From the NCBI GenBank assembly GCA_963700635.1, contig CAVOYH010000005.1, positions 247,949-311,948 of the forward strand: a DNA stretch of 64,000 nt. Direction: 5' to 3'. Below the pieces are notes generated by a model that saw nothing but the letters and a program-made list of their open reading frames with translations, did no database searches and was not told the origin of the DNA. The stretch is from an uncultured Bacteroidota bacterium. Its GTDB lineage: Bacteria; Bacteroidota; Ignavibacteria; UBA10030; UBA6906. Of this stretch, positions 19,430 through 29,854 are shown one piece after another. The position numbers were made by a program, and so were the translations under genes. The stretch's first letter is position 1; every line of letters starts with the position of its first letter.

Positions 19430-22400
19430 TGAGGCGGATCGTGCGGAACATCTCTGTCGTAGCACTGCTGCTTTTTGCGGGAGGATACTGTGCGGAAGCG
19501 CTTCCAGCCAACGCGGAACCTTTCCGGCTCGTCTCGCAAACTCCAACTTCCTGGACGTATGACTACACACCTTCGCCCCTGTTACCTCAGACCATCATCA
19601 TCGATGGGTTGCCGCACCATTTGTACGGAGGGAACGAAACAGCTGAGAACGCAGGCCAACCCCTTCTTCCCATAGAAGTCCTTACGCTCGGCGTGCCGTT
19701 TGAGGGAACGGTAACGGCAGAACTGACGGATGTATCCTATGCCGACGAACAGGGTGTGCTCGTTGCCCCTTCACCGACATACACACGGACCGAGGAGGGG
19801 GAGGCCCTCCCTTCGTACACGAAGATTGCGGATGTGTATGCACAGGATCGGTTCTTTCCCTCTGCGGTTCTGGGAATTGAAGAACCGTACACAGTCCGGC
19901 ATGCGCGGCTGACCACAATTCGTCTCTCGCCCATTCAATACAATCCCACGACCAGGGTGCTCAGACGCCTGTCCCGGGCCACGCTGGTGGTACGCCTCAG
20001 GACGGTACCCTTGCTCAAGGCGGCTCCCGGTCTGCAGGTAACCCGTGATCCGCACTTCGAAGCACAGTACCGATCCATGATGGTCAATTACACGGATGCC
20101 ATGGAGTGGCGCTACAGGGACGCATCCACTGCGAAGACAGACTCATCCGGGAACTGGTTCACACCCGGCGCATCGTACATACGCCTCCCGATCGCACATG
20201 ACGGGTGGTATCGTATCACCCTGAGCGACCTTTCCGCTCTCGGGGTCGCGCCTCCGGCCCTGGATACTTCCACGGTGAAGCTCTTCTTCAAGGGGCAGCA
20301 GGTCCCCTTGCAGATCGACCCGGACAGGTCCCTGCACTTCTACGGGATGCGCAAACATGGAGATTCCACATATCTCGACTATTACACCGACACAAGCGCC
20401 TACTGGCTCGCATGGCAGAATCCCGGGGCGGGCATCCGTTATCAACAAGTTCCGAATCTGACCCTCGCGCCGGTTGATACCCAGTTCGCTTCCCGCCATC
20501 TTGTCCATTGTGAAGAGAACAAGGATTATTATGAAGGAACCGGTGACGCCGAGGTGACGCTCAACGGTCTGGCGCCCGGCGAGGGGTGGGCCTGGGAGTA
20601 TTTTTATCCGAACACCACTGCAAATTTTGATTGTACTCTGGACAATGTCTGGACTGCCGGAGATTCGACTGCTACCATTCGTGTGCGGCTGTTCAGTACC
20701 ACCCGGTATTATAACACTCCGGATCATATTGCCCGGTTCTGGATCAACGATTCGCTTCTTGGAGAAAAGAGTTTTCAGGGGCGCACCCAGGGGCTGTTTC
20801 TCGTCAGTTTCCCTTCGCGGTGGCTGAAAGAAGGTGCCAACAGTCTCAGGATTCAGTCCATACCCACGGCAAGCTCTCCCAATCAATTCTACCTCGATTG
20901 GTTTGAAATAGAGTACGTGCGCTCACACGTTGCCGTGAATGGTCACGCTGTCTGTTCTCTTTCTCCGCGCGCGGGTGAGCCTGAGGCCAGGATCTCGGTC
21001 CGGGGTTTTCCCTCGCCAGCAATTCGTGTTCTGGACCTGACGACAGGGCGGGCGATTCAAACCGTGACGGTAACGGCCGATGGCGGAGGAACATATCGTG
21101 CGGTTTTTGATGATACCCTGACGGTCGCACGGCGGTATCTTGTCGTCGCTGACACATCAGCCATGCAGGTCACGAATGCAAGCCGGAAGACGTTCGCCGG
21201 ATTACGCCAGCATGGCACCGGGGCTGATTACATCATCATCACGCATGGGCTTTTCCGGCAGGCGGCCAACACGCTCGCAGCGCACCGCCAGGCACGCAAC
21301 GGGGTGCGTGCTGTGGTCGTGGATGTCCAGGATATCTATGATGAATTTAATTACGGCCATCTGAGCAGCGAATGTATCAAGGACTTCCTCCGCCATACGT
21401 ATACAACCTGGCCTGCGCCCGCTCCGGCGTATGTGCTCATGTTCGGGGATGCCTGCTGGGACTTTCGACGGAATATGGCCTCGAGTGTTATGACGAACTA
21501 TGTCCCGGCCTACGGAGTCCCGGCCGGGGACAACTGGTATGTGTGTTTTGATTCCACGCGTCCCTTCCTGCCCTCCATACAGATTGGCCGGCTCCCGGTA
21601 CAAAACCCCGCGCAGGCTGCTGCTGTCGCGGATAAGGTGATAGGATATGATTCGTACACACTTGCCGACTGGAACAAGAACTTTCTGTTTATCTCGGGCG
21701 GGACCACGCCGACCGAAAAGATCACGTTCGACGGTCAGAGTAATGCATTGATTCAGGATATCGTTCTGCCTGCGCCGATAGGCGGAACACCATTCCGGGT
21801 GTACAAAACCACAGCCAACACGATTGACGGGGAGAACAAGCAGCTCCTGCGCAGTCTGGTCAAAGACGGACTTGTGTTTATGAATTTCCTCGGTCATTCG
21901 GGAGGACGAATCTGGGGAGTGGACATCGGCACGCCCGCCGATCTGGAGAACACCACCGGGATGCTTCCGTTTGTAACATCCGTGAGCTGTAACGTCGCGG
22001 CTTTCGCGGAACCATCCAGTAACGTGCTCTCGGAAGATTTTGTTCTGGCCGATCATCGGGGTGCTGTGGGGATGTGGGCATCATCATCGGTGGGGTATGC
22101 GAACATCGGGGCAAGTCTGGTGCGCAACTTCCTCGAGAATGTCCGTAATGACACTGCCAGAGTGCTTGGCAAGATCACCACAGGGGCGCTGATCAAACTC
22201 TGGCAAACGCGCGGGTCGGACTATGTTACTTTAGCGTCAGTCAATTTGAACCCTCTGCTGGGTGATCCGCTCACAGCGCTTGCCATCCCGCGAAAGCCCG
22301 ATCTGGCGATCACCCCGCAGGACCTGGCATTAACTCTGCAGACACCCACGCCGATGGATACGGCGGTCCATGTGCGTATGGTTGCGCACAACTACGGACT

Positions 22401-24835
22401 CGTCCCGTCTGACAGCGTCGCCCTTTCCATGACCGATGCTTCCGCGAGTGGAGTTGATTCCGTGGTGCAGGTCCCTGCGTATACGGCCGACTCTTCACCG
22501 CGACACTGTTCTGATACCATGGCGCGGAACATCGGTACGAGGTTCGCATCTGCTGCATGTCACTCTGGATCCGGCGCTGACGATTGATGAAGTATCAAAG
22601 ACAAACAACAGCGCCACGCTGGCGGCGTATGTTTCCGCGCACACGATTCTGGCTGTGCGTCCGCTCATTAATCAGGCCATCGCCCCCGGTGCGGTGGAAC
22701 TGGTGGTCAGTACGCCCGTGTCGGGGGATACCGGCGTCACAGCGTACGAGTTTGAGCTTGATACGTCGATGGGATTCATCGCCGGATCTGCCATCACGTC
22801 GGGCCTGTTGCAGCCTGGTCCCGTCGGGGGGCGATGGACTACGCCGGTGTTATCCACGCCGGGAGTCTATTTCTGGCGGGCACGCACGAGGGTGGATACG
22901 CTGGTCGGAAAATGGGTGGTGGGGCGGTTTTTGATCGATGCAGGGGCTCCGCCCGGGCCGATGGTTTTGTGGCGTGAAAAAACCGGAACACAGTTTTCAG
23001 CCGGACTCCCCGCCGGAACCGGCGCTACGGATTCGGGTGTAACACTTCGTGCGTCTCCCTCGTTGACTGTGGGTGCCCGATCTCTCGGGTACCGTGCAGA
23101 TGCAAACAAGGATTTCTACAGTACCATCTGGGTGAACGAGCAGACCGTGACGGGATTCTGGTGGGAACACGGGAGCAGCTTTATGGTGGTACGATTGAAC
23201 GCGTTCTCGGGCGCATTCAATTTTAAGGCTTTTAATGTTGCCGGCAATGCGGCTCTCGCCGATTCGATGAAGAATTTTCTGGATGCTACGAACAATGGGG
23301 ACTATCTCCTCATCACCGTAATTTTTGACGGATACTCGAATGTCTCGGAAGCTCTGCGTACGAGTTTACGATCACTCGGAAGCACGCGGATTGATTCTGT
23401 GCGCCCGGGCCATTCCTGGATGCTCATTGCCAGAAAGCAGGCCGCACCCCCGTATTTTGCCCTTGAACAGTGGAGTCCGGCCGGAGTCGCAGAGGACAGT
23501 ACGACGATTCCGAACAATTACGCGGTGGGAACCGGAACGTACGTTTCGGTCCGAAATCCATTTCCTTCTCTTTTCGAAAAACTACGATGGACGCCTCAGC
23601 TCACCGCAGGGGTTCATACCATGCGTGCTGCCGTGCTGGGGGTGAGGTCCGACGGTTCAGCTGACACGCTTGCCCGTGTTGAATCTAATGAACCTGAACA
23701 GGATCTCGCCGGACTCACCCCGTTGTTTGCTGATTCGGCATACACTCATGTCGGGATTTCGGCAACACTCACGACGACTGACGCGCTTACCACGCCGGTT
23801 CTGAGGGAGTGGTCGATGGGCTTCATTCCTCCGGCAGATCTCGCGGTTAGCGGGCGGACGGTTGGGGAAAGGGCCCTGATCCTGGCAAAAGGTACCGGGA
23901 TTCAGATTCCGCTCACGATACACAACATCGGATATCGAACTTGCGACAGCGTGCGGATTCGCATAGATCTTAAAAAACCTGACGGAACCGGGCAACCGCT
24001 CTCCCATGCCACCGCCGGAAGTATCCCGGTCGACAGCAACCGAACCATAATGTTGTCCGTTCCGACAGATGGACTCTCGGGCTTCAACATCCTCAACGTC
24101 ATCGTGTCACCTCCGGCCGGCATCCGGGACCTCCTTGCGGAGAACAATCTGGCCAGCGTGGTGGTCAATGTCACATCGGTGGATGAACCTCTTGCGGCCA
24201 CAGTCCGTGTGTACGCGGACGGCGTACCGTTGATGGATGGGGATTACGTGTCCAGCCGGCCGCAGTTCTTGATCCAGCTCGCAGAGCTGACAGGCATCAG
24301 GCAGGGGCAGGAGAGGGTACAGCTTTATGCCGATAACCGGCTTGTAAGTTCAGAAGGCGGGACGGTCAATGGCACGACCTCGCAGACGGGAGCCGCGGCA
24401 GACGGTTTTGTATTTTCGCCCCAGCTCAGCGATGGACCGCATGAGCTTGCCGTGCGTCTGTATCGCTGGAACGGGACGTCCGGGATAGACTCTGTCGAGC
24501 ACCGGCTGGTTGTTACTGTCGTGAGTGACACGCGGATCCTGCGTGTGTACAACTATCCCAACCCCTTCTCTACATCCACAGAGTTTACCTTCGTCCTCAC
24601 CGGAGCGCGTGCGCCGGAGGACTTGACGATCAGGATCTTCACGATAGCCGGCCGTCGTATTCAGGAGTTACGTGTCCCGCACACTGACCTCAAAGTGGGA
24701 TTTAACCGAATTCACTGGGACGGGCGTGACAGTGACGGTGACGAGATAGCGAATGGATACTATCTGTATCAGATCCAGGTAAAGGGAGAGGGTAAGGTGG
24801 AGACTGCTGTGGAGAAGCTGGCCAAAGTGAGGTGA
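19426..24835 (+). CDS. PorU-like C25 (gingipain family) peptidase, ~1800 aa, with CARDB, ILEI-like and T9SS/FlgD-Ig C-terminal domains; one frameshift near 22470
   Basis: Propeptide-like N-terminus, ADYIII, DIYDEF, IGRLPV, catalytic FLGHSG and SVSCNV, LLGDP; downstream ORF 22436..24835 has EVSKTNN/LAENN CARDB ends and NYPNPF..WDGRD..ANGYY. Confidence 0.88.
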
Positions 24836-24859
24836 AACAGGATTACGCAGAGAAAACGA

Positions 24860-24889
24860 AGAGAGAAGAATCCGTGGATTCTTCTCTCT
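24860..24889. terminator. Perfect 14-bp inverted repeat between convergent genes (likely bidirectional terminator)
   Basis: AGAGAGAAGAATCC-GT-GGATTCTTCTCTCT. Confidence 0.65.
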
Positions 24890-24928
24890 GTCGAATGGAG
24901 CTACACCCCGCCGCATGTGTCAAGCGTG

Positions 24929-25372
24929 TTACGCTGCATCCTTCCCGAACCCCGACTCCATCTCTTCCTTTTTCAGGAGTTTCCAGATCGTCCGTTCTGA
25001 CATTGAGATGTTATAACGTTTCTCGAGATAGGCGCGCAGACGGCGCTGTCCGTAGCCGGTCTGTTCACGCGCTTCTCTGAGAATCCGGATGGAGCTTTCC
25101 GGCGTTGCGCGCGGGAATCGATGGGGACGCCGCGACCGATCAACAAGCGCCTTGGTGTTCCCCTTGTCCTGCTGATACCGTTTAAACCACTTATAAAAAG
25201 TCTTACGGCTTATGCCGAACTTCCGGCACACCGCCTGCACGTTTTTTGTTTCCTCGTAGCACAGCATCCAGGCCAACCGCGGATGCAGCGACCCGCCCAG
25301 GGGTGAGTCTTCCGGAGGATATGCAGCTCTCCCCGCATGTTCGTCCGCACGTTTTTCGTTATGTTCTTCCAT
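24929..25372 (-). CDS. HTH protein resembling the DNA-binding N-terminus of IS481-type transposases, with no catalytic domain
   Basis: VCRKFGISRKTFYKWFKRY, DRSRRPH, YGQRRL and SERTIWKLLK motifs; stops where the DDE core would start; SD AGGAG. Confidence 0.8.
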   Translation of the reverse strand: MEEHNEKRADEHAGRAAYPPEDSPLGGSLHPRLAWMLCYEETKNVQAVCRKFGISRKTFYKWFKRYQQDKGNTKALVDRSRRPHRFPRATPESSIRILREAREQTGYGQRRLRAYLEKRYNISMSERTIWKLLKKEEMESGFGKDAA

Positions 25373-25392
25373 TCGCTCTCCTGTACCCTCCG

Positions 25393-27117
25393 TTATTTCA
25401 CGTACACCATTTTTCCGGTTCCGCTCGACTGTCCCGCCTGAAGGCGATAATAGTAGACGCCGCTTGCTGTCACGCCTGTTTGTTCCGTCGTGAAAAGAGC
25501 CAGATGTGTGCCGGCTTCCTGATACGCGTCGATGAGAATGCCTATTTCCTGGCCGATTTCATTGTACACCGTCAACCGCACCATGCCCGCCGTTGGCAGC
25601 GAATAGCGGATTGTCGTGGAGGGGTTAAACGGATTGGGATAGTTTTGTTCAAGGCTAAACTGATGGGGAAATGAACCCTCGGTAACAGTCGTGACATTTG
25701 AAGGAAGTTCCACCAGGACTGCATCGGAGAAATGTTCGCTCCCGTCCAGATCCACCTGGCGCAGCCGTATGTAGATGCATCCCGAAATCCTGTCACTGCA
25801 CACCCAGCCAAAAACATACGCGTGCTGTTCGAGTGTCGTCCCATGCCCCGCAATGAACCCCCCGGGGATGTCTTCGAAGATACCGTTATCGGCGTTCTTC
25901 ATCTGGACAAAGAACCCGTAGTTGTTCAACTCGCTGAGAGTTGTCCACGAAAGCTGGATCTGTGAACTCCTCGTGTTGTATGACCCTTCAAATGAAGCCA
26001 GTTGGACCGGGAGCAGCCCGTCGACCAATGTGATCGTGGTCTTGGGGTCGCCGATCACGACATCCATCCAGGAGACATAACGGGATGCCATAAAATAACT
26101 TTCCGCCAGATTGTAGCCCGACACATAACGGTCGAACAACACGGCGGAGTTTGCCATGGAGCTTGCATAGGGTTCGTACACGTAACCTTTAACCCCGCTC
26201 ACCCCTTCACGGACCAGGTCGGCGACAAGAGACTGGCCATAGGACGGCGGGTCTTCGAAGGAGCGGCCTGAAGTGGAGACGTACGTTTCGGCGAGCGCAC
26301 CCCTGGCCCACGAATTGCCGGGCATCGCATATTGAGAGAACTGATCCGCACAGCGGTCATTGCTCCCCCAGCTCACATACCCCACAACTTCATGGCGCAT
26401 CGTGACGTATACAGAATCGGTGTTCAGCTCAACGGTTTTTCCCCGGGCGATGAGTCCTGCACAGGCCTGGGAGAGGTAATCATTAAGATAGGGAGCCGTT
26501 GTGTTCCATGAGGGATCCTGATCGAATACAAACCGTGACAACGAGTTCACGCGGGTTTCCGGTCCACTCCGATCGATGAGGTCGAGCACCTCCTGCGTGG
26601 AATATCCGTCAAGACGTGTCACAAGGTACATGTTATAGGCCGCGCGTGTAAACTGTGCTGTCCTGGCGTAGTATGATGAGTACGGTCTCCCGCTTCCGCC
26701 GATAAGGTGGGCATTGGAACTCAGAATCAGCATGAGTTCACTTTCCACGGACGACGAAGGTGAATTTAGAGAAAAGGTGTCGCCCCGGTTGACTTTCAGC
26801 GGTACGCCCTTGGTGGTGACAAGGTAGTTGATCGTGTTCACAAGGTTATTTGCCTGGAGGTACGATTCGATCTGACCGCGCAGGGATTGGAATTCGGCAT
26901 CATCGATTTCTTCGTTTTGCGATACATTGACATAGACCAGATTCGCGGCCGGTATGTCGCGTTTTGCCTTGAAATAATCACCGATCGTCCGGGATGCCTG
27001 GCTGTTTGTATTCACGATCACCGCCACATCACTGTAATCGGTGGCAGCATATGATACAGTGCAGGGACCAAACACCAGTCCGACCAGAGCGAGTGCGCAC
27101 GGTGTCGCGCGCCTCAT
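25393..27117 (-). CDS. TIGR03790-like protein fused to an Ig-like domain and T9SS type A C-terminal domain
   Basis: VAVIVN..S..IGDYF..KRDIP, LVTTKGVPL, LVTRLDG, GYVYEPY, GYNLAES and VIGDP motifs; PVQLASF..SELNNYGF; QNYPNPFNP..SGVYYYRL; SD GGAGG before ATG 27117. Confidence 0.82.
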   Translation of the reverse strand: MRRATPCALALVGLVFGPCTVSYAATDYSDVAVIVNTNSQASRTIGDYFKAKRDIPAANLVYVNVSQNEEIDDAEFQSLRGQIESYLQANNLVNTINYLVTTKGVPLKVNRGDTFSLNSPSSSVESELMLILSSNAHLIGGSGRPYSSYYARTAQFTRAAYNMYLVTRLDGYSTQEVLDLIDRSGPETRVNSLSRFVFDQDPSWNTTAPYLNDYLSQACAGLIARGKTVELNTDSVYVTMRHEVVGYVSWGSNDRCADQFSQYAMPGNSWARGALAETYVSTSGRSFEDPPSYGQSLVADLVREGVSGVKGYVYEPYASSMANSAVLFDRYVSGYNLAESYFMASRYVSWMDVVIGDPKTTITLVDGLLPVQLASFEGSYNTRSSQIQLSWTTLSELNNYGFFVQMKNADNGIFEDIPGGFIAGHGTTLEQHAYVFGWVCSDRISGCIYIRLRQVDLDGSEHFSDAVLVELPSNVTTVTEGSFPHQFSLEQNYPNPFNPSTTIRYSLPTAGMVRLTVYNEIGQEIGILIDAYQEAGTHLALFTTEQTGVTASGVYYYRLQAGQSSGTGKMVYVK

Positions 27118-27338
27118 GTGAGTTCCTCCGTTTTCATCGATGACATTCATTCACGGCATGTGCCACATCGGTGACAGCGGGGAAAACGTCAAAAAGCGGG
27201 AGAATCCAACGAAAATCAGAAATTCAGAGCGTATGCCGGGGTGTGGATTCTACATGCGGATTGTAAAGTTTGCCTGAAGTTTCGTTGCACTGTGTAATCA
27301 TTTCCCCTATATTCACCTAACCATCAGAAGGAGAAAGC

Positions 27339-27725
27339 ATGGCAAAGGTTCCAATGACTCCACCCGCAGATCCCGCCCCTCCACCGGTCAACCGTGACCA
27401 GAATACGTGGGCGATGCTCTGCCATTTGAGCGCACTCGCAGGGTTTATCATCCCGTTGGGGAACATCCTGGGTCCCCTGGTGATCTGGTTGATCAAAAAA
27501 GATGAGTACCCTCTGGTAGCAGACCAGGGGAAAGAGGCCTTAAATTTCCAGATCAGCATGACGTTATATTACATTGTATCGGCCATCCTGATCCTCATCT
27601 TGATTGGCCTTGTGCTGCTTGTCGGACTTGCCCTGTTCAGCCTTATCGTAACGATCATTGCAATGGTCAAGGCCAATGAAGGCGTAGCGTACCGATATCC
27701 GTTGTGCATCAGGTTTATCAAGTAG
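27339..27725 (+). CDS. DUF4870-like membrane protein
   Basis: WAMLCHLS, LGPLVIWL, QGKEALNFQ and YRYP motifs; SD AAGGAG. Confidence 0.88.
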   Translation: MAKVPMTPPADPAPPPVNRDQNTWAMLCHLSALAGFIIPLGNILGPLVIWLIKKDEYPLVADQGKEALNFQISMTLYYIVSAILILILIGLVLLVGLALFSLIVTIIAMVKANEGVAYRYPLCIRFIK

Positions 27726-27745
27726 AAGGTGGTGTACCTTTGCGT

Positions 27746-28714
27746 ATGAATACCCGATTTCAACTGGCCCAACTGCCAACTCCGCTTGAGCCTTTGCCCC
27801 GGTTGAGTGCGCATCTGGGCGGTCCGTCACTGTTTATCAAGCGTGACGATCAGACAGGGCTTGCGCTCGGCGGCAACAAAACGCGGAAGCTGGAGTTCCT
27901 GATCGCGGATGCGCTGGCTCAGAAAGCGGATGTGATCCTGACAGCGGGTGCGGCGCAGTCAAACCATTGCCGTCAGACTGCCGCGGCAGCAGTGCGGGCC
28001 GGGCTTCCGTGTGCTCTGATACTTGGCGGACCCCCGCCGGTATCTTCGAATGGAAATCTGCTCCTGGATCAGCTTCTGGGAGCAGAAATCCACTGGACTG
28101 ATCGGGACCGGCGGGTGGAGCGGATGGACGAGGTTGCCGCTGCCTACCGGAAGAAGGGAAAAAAACCGTATGTCATACCGTACGGTGGGTCAAATGGAAT
28201 TGGCGCGCAGGGATACGTGCTGGCTATGCAGGAGGTGATGTCGCAGATCAAGGCAATGAAGATCCAGCCGGAGACGATCATTGTTGCGTCCAGTTCGGGT
28301 GGCACGCAGGCGGGTCTGGTTCTGGGGGCGAAACTGCATGGTTATGCCGGCGCGATTCTCGGTATCAGCATTGACAAGGGTGAACGTGGTCCGGAGCGAT
28401 ACGAAGATGAACTTGCGGCAATCGCAAATGCCACTGCCGGTGCCATGGAGGTTGACCTGCGCCTGAAGGCGGAGGATTTTCTGGTGGATTACGGATATCT
28501 CGGCGGGGGATATGGCATAGTGGGTGATCTTGAACGTGAGGCGATTCTGCTGATGGCCCGTCATGAGGGGATCATACTGGACCCGGTGTATACGGGGAGA
28601 GCGTTCGGGGCGGTGGCGAAGAACATGAAGGGTGGTCGGTGGGGAACCACTCTCTTCTGGCACACCGGGGGAGCGCCTGCGGTGTTTGCGTATGACCGGG
28701 AGCTGGGGGGATAG
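27746..28714 (+). CDS. D-cysteine desulfhydrase / ACC deaminase family PLP enzyme
   Basis: KRDD..GGNKTRKL, QSNH, SSGGT, LDPVYTG and FWHTGG motifs. Confidence 0.92.
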   Translation: MNTRFQLAQLPTPLEPLPRLSAHLGGPSLFIKRDDQTGLALGGNKTRKLEFLIADALAQKADVILTAGAAQSNHCRQTAAAAVRAGLPCALILGGPPPVSSNGNLLLDQLLGAEIHWTDRDRRVERMDEVAAAYRKKGKKPYVIPYGGSNGIGAQGYVLAMQEVMSQIKAMKIQPETIIVASSSGGTQAGLVLGAKLHGYAGAILGISIDKGERGPERYEDELAAIANATAGAMEVDLRLKAEDFLVDYGYLGGGYGIVGDLEREAILLMARHEGIILDPVYTGRAFGAVAKNMKGGRWGTTLFWHTGGAPAVFAYDRELGG

Positions 28715-28789
28715 GTGAGGGGATAAGGCAAGACGGGCATGTGGGTTGCGTTGCAGGATAGCCCGGATTTGGCTATATTGACGTTCCCT

Positions 28790-28876
28790 GGAGAGGTGGC
28801 CGAGTGGTTGAAGGCGCCGGTCTCGAAAACCGGTATACCGCTTGCGGTATCCAGGGTTCGAATCCCTGCCTCTCCG
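28790..28876 (+). tRNA. tRNA-Ser(CGA)
   Basis: GGAGAGG acceptor, CCGGT-CTCGAAA-ACCGG anticodon arm, long variable arm, GGTTCGAATCC; CCA not encoded. Confidence 0.96.
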
Positions 28877-29056
28877 CATTCAGTGTGTTTTCGACAGTTT
28901 TGTCCTTTCGGGATTAAAAACACGTGCATGAAGAGAGGTGAGAATAGCGACTTAATCACACAGTAGGTCTTCAAACGTCGATGTCATAGTCTCAATTCAT
29001 CTAGGCCGGAAATCTCCTATTCGACATCATCCAGCACAGTAGCTCAGGGACGAATT

Positions 29057-29854
29057 ATGAGCTGTGACGCCTCGATCAATCCCTTTGTGCTCTCCCCGCA
29101 GGGAACTCGACGCTTCAGCTTTCGCCCCATCTCCGCTTTGCTTCTCTCTGCGTTGTTTTTAACGCAACTCCCAAGCTGTCACAATCCCACAGAACCGCCA
29201 CCCGATGTCCCGCCCGAATTTATCTCCAGAGGCATCCTACCATTGAAAGTGGGTTACTACTGGCAATATGATCGATATGCACTCACCGATAGTGGAACGA
29301 CCGCCGGCAAGATCGGTTCGATCGGATTCAAGATCTCAGGTCGGTCGGTCAGTGCATCGCCGCAATACGGCGATACAGTTCTGCACTGGGTCCCCTACGA
29401 TCCACAAACTGGTCAAACGGGCTATGTTGAGTGGTTCTATCGCAATTATTCGGACGGGCTTTACATTATGGGTGGTCGCGCTCCTACGGATTCGGTTTAC
29501 ACAAAGCTCCAATTGTTGAAATATCCGGTGCGAAAGGGAGACGCATGGACTCGGCCGCATCTGATATTCCATATTCTAGATCAGAAGTTCTCGATCCCAG
29601 ACTCTCTATCATATGCATGTATCGACACGAACGCTCTTTTTGAAACGCCGCTCGGGACATTTGCGTGTATCGTATACAATCACATGGAACCAATAGAGGA
29701 GATTCCTGGGAAGGAATACGACATTCTGGAATTCTACTCGCGAACAATCGGGAAGGTTGGAGAGATCCGGCACATCTATAGCACTTCCACGCACGATCGG
29801 TTTCCAATCCAGAAAGACGTATTGGTCAGCACTAATGTTGAGGCCACGGACTAA
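29057..29854 (+). CDS. Hypothetical lipoprotein (beta-rich)
   Basis: Hydrophobic stretch ending LPSC followed by NPTEP; PLKVGYYWQY and TPLGTFAC motifs typical of FCB lipoproteins. Confidence 0.7.
   Translation: MSCDASINPFVLSPQGTRRFSFRPISALLLSALFLTQLPSCHNPTEPPPDVPPEFISRGILPLKVGYYWQYDRYALTDSGTTAGKIGSIGFKISGRSVSASPQYGDTVLHWVPYDPQTGQTGYVEWFYRNYSDGLYIMGGRAPTDSVYTKLQLLKYPVRKGDAWTRPHLIFHILDQKFSIPDSLSYACIDTNALFETPLGTFACIVYNHMEPIEEIPGKEYDILEFYSRTIGKVGEIRHIYSTSTHDRFPIQKDVLVSTNVEATD

Noticed and set aside
22436-24835. Independent gene downstream of the C25 peptidase, or a programmed frameshift
   Set aside because: The break falls inside a CARDB-like domain, with no signal peptide, SD or slippery heptamer; treated as one gene with an indel
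24860-25392. Active IS481 insertion sequence
   Set aside because: No DDE catalytic domain, terminal inverted repeats or target duplication are visible
170-27166. Shared 11-mer GCATGTGCCAC at 170-180 and 27156-27166
   Set aside because: 11-bp matches are expected many times by chance in 64 kb, and no gene lies suitably downstream of the first copy
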